Assembly (NCBI GenBank): GCA_013265495.1
Contig: MU058065.1
Span: 929,592 to 949,591 of the forward strand
Length of the DNA stretch: 20,000 nucleotides
Direction: 5' to 3'
Origin: Vicugna vicugna
Lineage: Eukaryota
Under the pieces are notes generated by a model. The model searched no databases. It was not told where the DNA came from and was given only the letters and a program-made list of their open reading frames with translations. The first letter of the stretch is position 1. Each line of letters begins with the position of its first letter. A program made the translations under genes and the position numbers. Below are positions 11,020-20,000 of the stretch, in pieces.

Positions 11020-11145
11020 CATGGAGAGTGTTAGACCCACGGAGTTCAGATCTCAGCTCTCATTTTCGGAGTAGAGAAGGGTTGTAATGTGTTTATTCAA
11101 AAACATGCATAAAAATTACTCAGAATTCAGATTCTCCTTGATCTT
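11020..11145 (-). mobile_element. Possible MIR/MIR3 fragment
   Basis: Weak match: 'ctctcattttcggag', 'agagaagggttgtaatgtgtttattcaa', 'agaattcagattctccttga'. Confidence 0.3.
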
Positions 11146-12041
11146 ACCTCATCACCACATAACCTCCTGCACTTCATTCTTTTTAGGGAATAAAGTTCAA
11201 GTTTCATTTAACTCAGAGAAATTCCCTTGAATGGTATTCTAATTTCTGTAAGCCTAAAAATCAATCCTTTGTGCTCGAGTTTCTTCGGAGTCCTCAGGGC
11301 CCCCAGCCACGTCATTTTGACTCTCAGTTGTATTGTGTACGTAACATCACCCTAATCGATTAAATCCCAGCAATTTAAAAACTGCCCTAGAAACTCACTT
11401 TTTTTTTTTAAAAAGTGCTTTCACAATGATCTATCTTGAAGTTTCCAGGATATTTCTGATCCTGCTGCTTCTCAGTGTTGCCTTTAAAGGACTGGAGAGG
11501 CACAGATTAACTGTCACAACCAAGGGTTTATGAAGGAAATGGCTGTGCCCTTATAAATTGTTCTAATCATAATTTATAGACTTGGATACTGAAACGCTCT
11601 CATAATGTTTTCCAAGTGGTCAGAAATATGTGCATGTTAGATAGTTTAAAAATCATAGGTCCAAAAGCTGATCTCCCTTTACAGACACAAATTTTCCATT
11701 TATGGATAAGAGAGATGATTTGGAGTGTCTTTTCCATAAATATTCCACTAACTGTTTCAAGCCTTATCAATAACAGGAAGAGTTGGATGTATGTCATACC
11801 ACTTTATTATGTCATTGAAAGAACATAGATTTTTAGGTAATGTCAAATAGAAAATAATGGTTAAGCAAAAATGACCCAAGGTTTCCATGTGCGTCAGATA
11901 ATGTGGTCTATAGACGGTCTGGTAATTCTAACTTCTTCTACTTAAATCCTGTTCAATCAATGCATGCAAGCATGATAACCAAGGCATATGAAAGCATTTG
12001 GTAAAACATAAAGTAATCTTCATAATTAAGGTTCTCTGTGG

Positions 12042-12512
12042 TCGTGGTTCTTAAGCCTTGGTATGCTCTGCAATCAACTGGGAAAATTTTTAAAACTTCA
12101 GTGAATGAAGACACTAGTGAGTGGAGAAATGAATTGTGATATAAATGACCATACAGCAGAATACTGCATAGCATTCTCAATGGAGCATCAAGAAATGAAC
12201 TTCTGTTATATTCGACAATGCGATGACTCTCCAAAATATCATGTTATGTGAAAGAAATCAGTGCCCAAGACCAAGTTCTCTGATTACATTTGCATGACAT
12301 TCTGGAAAAGGCATGACTGTCGGGACAGAAATTACTTTAAAATGAATAAGTTTGATTGTATGTAAAGCATAACTCAAAAAATCTTGGGGAAAAATTAGAT
12401 TCCCAAATCTGCCCCCACCTCCAGAGATTTGAATTCATTGGTTCTGGAACTCAGGCAAGCGTAATTTTTAAACTCTCCCAGGTGAGTCCAACGTGGGGGT
12501 TGAAACCTACTG
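12042..12512. mobile_element. MER5A (hAT-Charlie MITE) split by an L1 insertion (arms ~12042-12095 and ~12390-12512)
   Basis: Degenerate terminal inverted repeats (TIRs) tcgtggttcttaa (12042-12054) and ttgaaacctactg (12500-12512). 8-bp TSD ctctgtgg (12034-12041) / ctctgtgc (12513-12520). Internal 'cccacctccagagatt', 'ctcccaggtgagtccaa'. Confidence 0.8.
12096..12390 (+). mobile_element. L1M (MC/MD/ME-like) 3' UTR fragment with an internal deletion, nested in MER5A
   Basis: 'gagtggagaaatgaattgtgatata', 'aagaaatgaact', 'tcatgttatgtgaaagaaatcag', 'tgacattctggaaaaggca', 'ttgtatgtaaagcataactcaa'. Confidence 0.8.
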
Positions 12513-13054
12513 CTCTGTGCTGTTCATATTAGAAGCCCCAGTTCCTCTGGGATATAGCGTCACAGTCCTATGCAAGGAAGGTTAGCTGCTCTACAAAGAG
12601 AACATAATGCAATCTCCTTTATTAATGAACGTCTATCTATTGATTCATCACTTGATTTATTTAATGCATTTATTACTCAATACAATGGTCTGTTTTTATC
12701 TTTTTTCCCTTTGAAGGTCACATTCGGGTATTTAACATCACTCAAGAGCATTGGTGAGCACAGGCAGTCAATATCTAAACACATTTACCTACGATAACAC
12801 ACAATTTTGGTTAAACTCGGGCTGAGGCCTCCATGAGTCAAGATTTTGATATGATTATTCAAATAGCTAAGGCAGCCTCAGTTTAACAGAAAATATATAT
12901 GAAGAATGTACTGTTTAAAAGGCAGCACCACTGCCAAGGAATGTTCACTCCAGTGTGAGAAATAGGGCATGCGTATTCAGAACTAGAACACAGGGCGGGT
13001 GTGGACTGGTGCTGTAATTATAATCTCCACAGTCTGGCGAGGGAGGGAAAAGAT

Positions 13055-14082
13055 CCCCCCACTTGTAACTCTCACCTAGTTGCCTTCCCCCATTTCTCCC
13101 GCATCGAAGTCACCCATTACATTGGCACCAGACTGAATTTCCTAATCTACAGATCTGGTCACGTGACATCCCTGCCTGAAATCATTCAACGGTGTTTCCT
13201 CCCTCACAGGATACACATCAAATTCCAGCACGTTGTATGAAGTTTTGCACAATCTAGTCCCTGACTGTGGTCCCGGCTTCAACCCTCTGCTGCCCACTTT
13301 CCCTCCCCCTACTTCTCCAGTTTGTGTTTCAAGCCCAGTGAATACTACCTTTGGGAGACTACAGGGGAAAATTGAATGTTTTTTGATCTTGCACCATGTT
13401 ACTGTATATCGAGACTTGTGCTAATATGGAGCTGACTTCGTTGGCAGGAATTTTGTGCGTTAGCACACAGTCCCGGGCTGAGAAAGACAGCCAGGCTTGG
13501 TTTAATAATCTCCTGTTGCCATCTTGAAATTCTTAATTATTTTGTCTTCGACCTTGTGTTTTGGCAATGCGGTCCCAAAGGACAATGGAGCATAACGGGG
13601 TCACCCTGGTGGCAGTGTGAGCACGGAGTTAGGGTCCAGCAGGTACACATAGCATTTGATCCCACGTACTTATGCAGACCTCAGGCAGTCCTGGGCATCC
13701 CTCTTTAGTTTTGAAACAACGTTTTCTCTGCCCGGAATGCACACTTGTAACCCTTTGCACCCTCACCAACACACTCTCCGTTATCTAAATATTGGAGAAA
13801 CTCCTCTGCGCACTTCAAGGCTCAACTGAACGATCGTTTCTTATATGAAAGCTTCCTCACATTCTGCAAGAGCTCATCAGTTCCTCTTTCGAGCCACCAC
13901 TAGCCCTAACACTAACCTCTATCCAGCATGTGTCATGAATGTCGTACAATTATTCACAGATGCCTTTGCCCTCGGTAAATTGTAGACCCTAAAGAAAAGA
14001 ATTCCTTTTCCTAATCTCTGGTATTCCCAACGCTGAGCACAGCACTCAAGTATCAATGGCTTTCAGCGTTTCCCTGAATTAA
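13055..14082 (+). mobile_element. L2 LINE 3' region in two pieces (~13055-13400 and ~13700-14082), split by a DNA transposon
   Basis: 'cagatctggtcacgtgacatccctgcctgaaatcattcaacgg', 'acaatctagtccctg', 'ctctgcccggaatgc', 'cttcaaggctcaactgaa', 'tgtagaccctaaag', 'tattcccaacgctgagcacagcac'. Confidence 0.8.
13426..13600. mobile_element. MER45-like (hAT-Tip100) DNA transposon fragment, possibly extending to ~13700
   Basis: 'gcttggtttaataatctcctgttgccatcttgaaattcttaattattttgtcttcgaccttgtgtttt...ggacaatggagcat' closely matches the recalled MER45B/C terminal region. Confidence 0.75.
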
Positions 14083-15124
14083 ACTACAGGCACTTTCTTA
14101 GCAAATGTGCTTCCTGCTGATGGACAGTGAATGTGTGGTTAAAAGATCCTCTTTGTCAGCTGGGAATGGGGAACAGTGTAGTCAGAAGGGACACCCAATA
14201 CATTTGGCATGTTCTAAACTTTCCATCAACCCACCAATGCCTACTCAGATGAACCTAGCTGGTTCCACGCTAATGAGCCTTTGCTTTCATCTGCTCTGTT
14301 CTCTTTGCTTTATCACTTATTCTCAGTCTCTTTCATGTGAAATTAAACAGTATCTCAGATACACATGGGAGTGGGTTTTTTCCCCAGATGACTGAGTTTA
14401 ATGTTGCAGTGTTTACTTTTTGGCTTTCTGTTGAGGATTTAAATCCAGGTGTTTACAATATGGAGCTCTTCTCTAATTTTTGTTTTTTCCAAGTAGATTT
14501 TTCTGAAGCAGCTGGTGGCAGGTATGTAAACAAAATCAAAATATTTGTTTAAATTTTCCTAGGGTTTTCCATCTACTGGACCTAGTGACAGAAGATGTTT
14601 ATTTTACAGTTGGCTGTGAATGATGTAATTGAGATCATATTGCCTGGGAAATATAAACCAACTAAAATAGGATGTATAAATGTACATAACTATTAGGGTG
14701 TATTAATGTAAAATAGGGAATAATTATTGATATGGTGGTTTAAATAAAGCTGAAAAAGACACATCTAGATATTACTAGCGATGGTGCATTTTACTGAGCA
14801 TCCATTATGAGTTAGATGCAAAGTTCAACCAAGTTAATATACTGTGTGTTTTGTGGGCTAAGGAAAGCAGACACACTTGGGAGTAGATTGTACATTTGTA
14901 AATTATTTCGGCACAACTCATCTAGTATATTCTCTAACCAGTTGTTCTTAATAGCTTCTCATCATGACTGATTTTCTTAAATGTAATAAGTCAAATCCTC
15001 TTTTAAGAGAGATTTTTTGACTTAGTGGGAAGGATGAACTGCGCAGGAAAGACACGGGAAAAGAATCTGTGAAGGCAGAGGATGGGCATGAGGGAAGCTT
15101 CTGAACTCCACATAGCCCGTAACT

Positions 15125-15585
15125 GTGGGCTGCCAGGCACAGCGCTGGACCCTGGAGGACAGTGCAGGGTGAAACAGACACGATTCTTGTCAGTGAGGGC
15201 TAGATTCGTATTAAGCAATCACGTAATTCTATGTAAAATTGCACCTGGGGAAATGCTATGAAGAAGAGTCATCCGCTGAGGTGAACACCTGTTCCAGGAA
15301 TTGATGTAATCCAGAAATCTGGGTGAGAGAATCAGATAAAGAGAACAACATGTGCAAAGAAGAGCAGATTTAGGCTTCTGATTAGACCAGAGGGACAGAG
15401 GGAGTGTTCCTTGAACAGGGAGGTAAGGACCTGCAGAGAACAAAGAAATTGGGTCTTTATGTGGAAAGTCATGGGAAGTCCTTGCATGTTAGCAATGGAG
15501 TAAGCCAGTCAGACCTGATAAAGTCCATCTGGCTTCTGGGGGTGGCGGGCAGAAGGAAAGCTTGGAGAAAGGGGGTCAAGAGAAG
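15125..15585 (-). mobile_element. L2 LINE 3' region, antisense
   Basis: 'tgccaggcacagcgctgg', 'gtgaaacagacacg', 'aaatgctatgaagaa', 'agagaacaacatgtgcaaag', 'gggtctttat...catgggaagtcc'. Confidence 0.75.
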
Positions 15586-15769
15586 TCTCTCCACCAATCT
15601 TTGTTGTTTGCAGTGGCTGTCATCTGACCCCAGAGTCCAAACGTAATGGACAAGGAGACGGTCAATACTGGATACTCTAATATACCATATATAGTGTTAA
15701 TTATTCAATACTCCCTTCTAAAGACCCAGAAGTGATCCACAATCATTTGTCAATAGTGAAAAATATCCA

Positions 15770-15865
15770 CACTAACAATCTTAAAGCAAGTCCAGGGACA
15801 GCAGAGCCAGCAGGGCTTTGCAAGGTCACACAGCTGCTCAGTGGAATGGCTCTATCCCACAGGGC
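15770..15865 (-). mobile_element. MIR fragment
   Basis: 'caaggtcacacagctgctcagtgg' matches MIR 'caaggtcacacagctagtaagtgg'. Confidence 0.55.
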
Positions 15866-16435
15866 ATGGCCCTGGCACAAGAAACAGAAACAGTTCTGGG
15901 CATTCCTTAGTTATTCTCGAGGAAGCTGGCAGCGGCGCACAAGGGCAGGCCAGCCAGGTTCAAGAAGCATCTGTGTGTGTCGAGGAATGTATAGAAACAT
16001 AAGCCAGCTGAGCACTTGATTACTTTTCTATTCTGAATGATGGAGCACATTTCTGTGTGAATTCATGTTTGTGCCTCTTGCTAATCAAAGACACCTGAGT
16101 GGGAGAAACACAGACGTCATTTCCTAATTGAAAACCGTTTGAGAAGCTAAACACGGGTTGATCCACTCCCACCCTCCCTAATGAACTACTTGAAGCCTTC
16201 CCAACATGCAGAATGAAGGGTGGCTGTAAGATAAACTTCTGCTGGGTGAGATGTCAAACATCAGTCATTGCAGGAAGAACACGACCCATTCCCTGTGCTA
16301 GATGGCACAGAAGTCTTTCTGGGATAAATTACTACAGATGCTGATAATTTCAATTGAAATCTTCCTATAGGATGATTGAGCTTTGGGATATTTTCATTGA
16401 ATACCTACAAAATAATTGCCAGATGTATCTTTTGA

Positions 16436-16640
16436 GTTCCTTCATTCAGCCTGCATTTCTTGTACACCACATCAAAAGCCAAATTTTCTGTTAAGTTCTG
16501 GAGACAAAAAGACAAATGACACACAGAACTTACCCTTAAGGAGCTTCTAAACTGATGGTAGAGATGGACTTGTAAACAAGTAGGACATTTGATAAAAGTC
16601 TGTGCTTGATGTTGAGTACAATGAGGCACCAGTGAGGGAA
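16436..16640 (-). mobile_element. L2 3' terminal fragment, antisense
   Basis: 'ttcattcagcctgcatttcttg', 'gttaagttctggagacaaaaagacaaatgacacac', 'cccttaaggagcttctaaactgatgg...agatggacttgtaaaca'. Confidence 0.7.
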
Positions 16641-17261
16641 CTGTAGGCTCTCACTGCACCTGGTGGGTTTCCATTGTCTTCTGTTCTTATCATCTACTTG
16701 TCCCCTTGGGATCATTGGCCTTGTTTCAGACAGCTACCCTTGCATTTTGTTAAGACTCCAGTTGCTATTTAGATCAATGCACAGCAGCCTAACGTAAGAT
16801 AAGGAGGCCCCTCCCCACCAACCTTACAGGGAAGCCCAAGAGATGACTCCATTCATTCTCCAACCCTTCTCATCCTCTATCCCCCCAATTTGAAGGATGA
16901 AGCATTATTTGAAAAGGAAGTGAAATCATATTAACAGAAAGTAAATTTAAAGCATCCTTCTCATGTTTTACAGGCTGTAAATTTTCCAACTGGCCCAGTA
17001 CTAATGAAGACTTAATCTCTACCTCCTGTTTTAATCGTTTGTGTAACTATATACCCATATTGGTTTTTTTTTAATGTATCACTGTACACACAGAACCTAA
17101 AAAGGACAAATGAAATGATAGCCTCATTAATACAAAAGATAAAACTTTATTGCAAATAAACACCCACTTCAAATCATGGAGTGGTACCTTATAACCATTC
17201 CTTGGAAATAAAAATGTGAATATGTGAATATCATTGATGAAGAAGAATCAACAATCATATA

Positions 17262-17420
17262 CATTCAGACCTCTGTATCCACAGGTTTCACGTCCATGGG
17301 TTCCACCAACCACAGATCCAATTTCATTCACCATATTGTATAAGAGACTTGAGCATCTGTGGATTTTAGTATCCAGAGGGGTCCTGTGACCAATTCCCCA
17401 TGGGTACAGAGGGAGGACTG
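17262..17420. mobile_element. MER2-like Tigger (Tc1/mariner) MITE with a large internal deletion
   Basis: TIRs cattcagacctctgtatcc / gggtacagagggaggactg (rc cagtcctccctctgtaccc). Flanked by TA (17260-17261) and CA (17421-17422). Internal 'gacttgagcatctgtggattttagtatcc...ggggtcctg'. Confidence 0.85.
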
Positions 17421-17422
17421 CA

Positions 17423-17455
17423 TGAGTGTGTGCATGACTGTGTGTGTGTGTGTGT
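17423..17455. repeat. (TG)n microsatellite, interrupted, with a pure (TG)8 at 17439-17454
   Basis: Read directly from the sequence. Confidence 0.9.
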
Positions 17456-17975
17456 ACAAATTTTATGTTCAATTTTTAATTACTGCTTCAACTCTCTTGG
17501 CCCCTGTTTTTTATTAGCCACTCTGCTCCTCCACATAAGTCTCCAAATATATAGCAATCCTTCAGTACATTGTATTCCCTCCTACACCTTGAATACTGAG
17601 TGATGCAAGAGTCAGTGGCATTTGGTGTACAGTCTGGTGCTGACAGTTCATGGTTATCAGTCCCATCTGGAGCTTCAACGCCATTTGTCATTTGTCTTGT
17701 TGCAATGACCAGTCCCTCTTATTGCTGTTAAAAATTTCACATGAGCCTCAAATATCCTGCCAAATCCTCTCCTCTCATTGTAAACCAATTTACTCACCTA
17801 AATAAATGAATGGAGCATCAATGGTGGAAGCCACTTCATCTTATAATACTGCATTCTCTGGACCAGTCTCCTCTTCAATTTCTTCCTACTTTCTTGAACA
17901 GATTCTCCTCCTCTTCCTGCATCTTAAAGGTTGGCAGTACACAGAGTTCTGTTCCCCTCTGTCTTCTTTCTTCTC

Positions 17976-18345
17976 AGTTGACACTGGCTGGGAAGCCAAC
18001 TCTGAGATGGAGATGAGTGGGCAGGGGCTTCACTAGGGTGTGATCTTCGACTCAGCATCCATGGAGGGGAAGAGAGCAGGAGTGGGCATGGAGGGCTTTT
18101 GAAACTCCCCTAAATTGGAGTGGGAGGGACAGGCTTTTATACCCTCTGGCTCATCCTGTCATCAGAGGCTGATGCTGGCTATCCTGGGAAGAGACTATGA
18201 CCTTGGGAGAGGTGGGTCTCTCCTCGGGAGGCGATCTCCAAAAGTGGCTGCAGAAGAGGGTGCCAGCAGCACTCCCAGAAGTTGCATCATGAGCCCTTTC
18301 TTCATGAAGAAGGTTCTGAGCCGTGTCCCGTCATTGAGTCCAGAC
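17976..18345 (-). mobile_element. ERVL LTR (LTR16C-like) with an internal deletion
   Basis: 'ctctgagatggagat', 'gcaggagtgggca', 'tgaccttgggagagg', 'gccagcagcactcccag', 'ttcatgaagaaggttctgagc' are colinear with recalled antisense LTR16C. Confidence 0.75.
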
Positions 18346-18365
18346 AGGTCCCCCTCCTTCCCCTG

Positions 18366-18426
18366 GATACACACACACAAACACACACACACACACAGAT
18401 ACACAGACACACACACAGATACACAC
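18366..18426. repeat. Compound (CA)n microsatellite with AGAT/AGAC interruptions
   Basis: gatacacacacacaaacacacacacacacacagatacacagacacacacacagatacacac. Confidence 0.95.
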
Positions 18427-19528
18427 CAAGTCCTTGTGACTTTACCTCGCATCTCTATCTCAGATCTAACCTACTCTACCATGCTTTTAGCCTCTTGGAC
18501 CCTGAAGATGGAGAATACAAAACTTAGGAACTGACTTTCCTGTTCCTCTCTTCTTGGGGAAGGTGCATCCATGCTGATGAACTGGAAGCAGAGTCTGAAG
18601 GAGTGATCTGAGAGTGTTCAAGTCTTCATGTCCCAGGTGTCCCTCAAGTCCAACTCCCTTCCCATGGTAATAGGAAATTCCCGCCTTGTCTTCTTCTTTT
18701 CCTTCCCTAATCCAAGCAGTGGCTCTGAGGCTCGGAATGCAAAGAGCTACGACTAAGACTGGTGATGCCCAAAGGCTAAACCAAGCCAGATCCCAGTGGG
18801 TCATTGTGTCCTTCAGGCTGGGTAGCACCTGCCCGAGAAACTTGTCTTGGTTTTTGTTCTGTCTGGCTGGCTTGTGCCAACATGAATAAGCCCTACTGCA
18901 TTTTACCTACCCCCATGCTTACTTTCTTCCCTTTATTTTATTTTAATATGCTAGGTTTAAACAGCGCCTGCCTTTCTCATGCAGGTGACAGGGTGACTCA
19001 TTTCCCAGAAGTGTTTATACCTCTTTTATCAGAAAGAAAAGAAATAGGGGTGGGGAGAAGCTTTGGAATTAATTTTAGACACTCACTTGTATCTCCACGC
19101 CCAACAGGTAACTGCTCACCAACACACTTAAAGAGCTGTCCTTCAACAGCACGTATCTGTCCCAGGGCACAGCAGAAGGGGAGGCGAGAAGAACTCATCT
19201 GACTCATCTTGTACATGACGAGAAATAAGGGGAATGGGGCGTGTATCTACCTGTGTGTGTGAGTTTGTACTTACGCATAAAATAGGGGCTTTTTAGGGTG
19301 AGGAGGCTGGGAAGTGGACTGGTTGTCTAAAGAAGCCTTCTCCACCCAACAGACCATCCATCCACCTCTTAGAGATTAACTGACCCTTGTGGGCAACCAC
19401 TATCTTTAGAAACAAGCTAACTTTAAAGTAGCTAATGCTTCAATGATGTTGATTCTTGAAACAACAAAGTAAAAAGATGTAAGGAATATACAACTTAACT
19501 CATGGACTGGTATTTAAATTGTATTCAC

Positions 19529-20000
19529 TTGTATATTCTTGCCTCCTTTGTCGAAGATGAGTTGACCAAAAGTTTGTGGGTTCATTTCTGGGCTCTCTAT
19601 TCTGTTCCATTGGTCTATATGTCTGTTTTGGTACCAATACCATGCTGTCTTGATGACTGTAGCTCTATAGTATTGTCTGAAGTCTGGGAGAGTTATTCCT
19701 CCAGCCTCTTTCTTTCTCTTCAGTAATGCTTTAGCAATTCTAGGTCTTTGATGGTTCCATATAAATTTTATTATGATTTGTTCTAGTTCTGTGAAATATG
19801 TCCTGGGTAATTGGATAGGGATCGCATTAAATCTGTAGATTGCCTTGGGCAGTGTGACCATTTTAACAATATTGATTCTTCCAATCCAAGAGCATGGAAT
19901 ATCTTTCCATTTTTTTAAAGTCTTCCTTAATTTCCTTCATCAGTGGTTTATAGTTTTCTGTATATAATTCTTTCACCTCCTTGGTTAGATTTATTCCCAG
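19529..20000 (-). mobile_element. Young LINE-1 ORF2 segment (post-RT region), running off the window end, with one frameshift at the T7 run 19910-19916
   Basis: Translates [28 protein letters not shown] / [37 protein letters not shown]...[59 protein letters not shown], which is canonical L1 ORF2p with no in-frame stops. Confidence 0.98.

Larger units (their letters stand above)
17845..18480 (+). mobile_element. L2 RT-region fragment split by an LTR (pieces ~17845-17975 and ~18345-18480)
   Basis: 'ttcttcctactttct', 'cttaaaggttggcagtacacagagttctgttcccctctgtcttctttc' (GVPQGSVLGPLLF-region remnant) and 'atctctatctcagatctaacct'. Confidence 0.55.

Noticed and set aside
18115..18534. 139-aa ORF with an HTH/HTD-rich stretch, plus overlapping ORFs
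   Set aside because: Product of reading through an LTR relic and a (CA)n microsatellite.
62..19726. The many 60-139 aa ORFs in the supplied track
   Set aside because: Short, low-complexity or overlapping repeats, with no recognisable domain or consistent exon structure. Expected by chance. Only 19514-19861 is real protein homology, and it is L1 ORF2.
19502..19726. 74-aa plus-strand hydrophobic ORF
   Set aside because: Antisense frame of L1 ORF2, a common artefact.
1..20000. CRISPR array, tRNA/rRNA/snRNA gene, processed pseudogene, endogenous viral coding sequence
   Set aside because: No regularly spaced repeats, no recognisable structural RNA, no pseudogene or gag/pol/env homology seen by eye. 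A very degraded relic cannot be excluded without a search.

Overview
Eutherian mammalian non-coding DNA (intergenic or deep intronic), AT-rich and CpG-depleted. No host protein-coding exon, RNA gene or CRISPR array can be supported. Roughly half the window is a patchwork of interspersed repeats: ancient L1M fragments (5'UTR, ORF2/RT, 3'UTR), L2, MIR, MaLR (MLT1) and ERVL (LTR16C-like) LTRs, and hAT/Tigger DNA transposons (MER5, MER45-like, MER2-like), several of them nested. A young L1 ORF2 segment on the minus strand occupies the last ~470 bp. Two lineage-specific L1 pieces and the absence of Alu, B1/B2, Bov-tA, CHR-2, PRE-1 or SINEC suggest a cetartiodactyl, plausibly a camelid (inference). 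All repeat family names come from recalled consensus similarity, not from a search, and most boundaries are approximate. I found no convincing novel biological system. The most testable items are a probable twin-primed 5'-inverted L1 junction, a candidate 25/28-nt micro-exon within a forkhead-motif-rich unique region, nested insertions with target-site duplications (TSDs), and a few candidate regulatory motif clusters.
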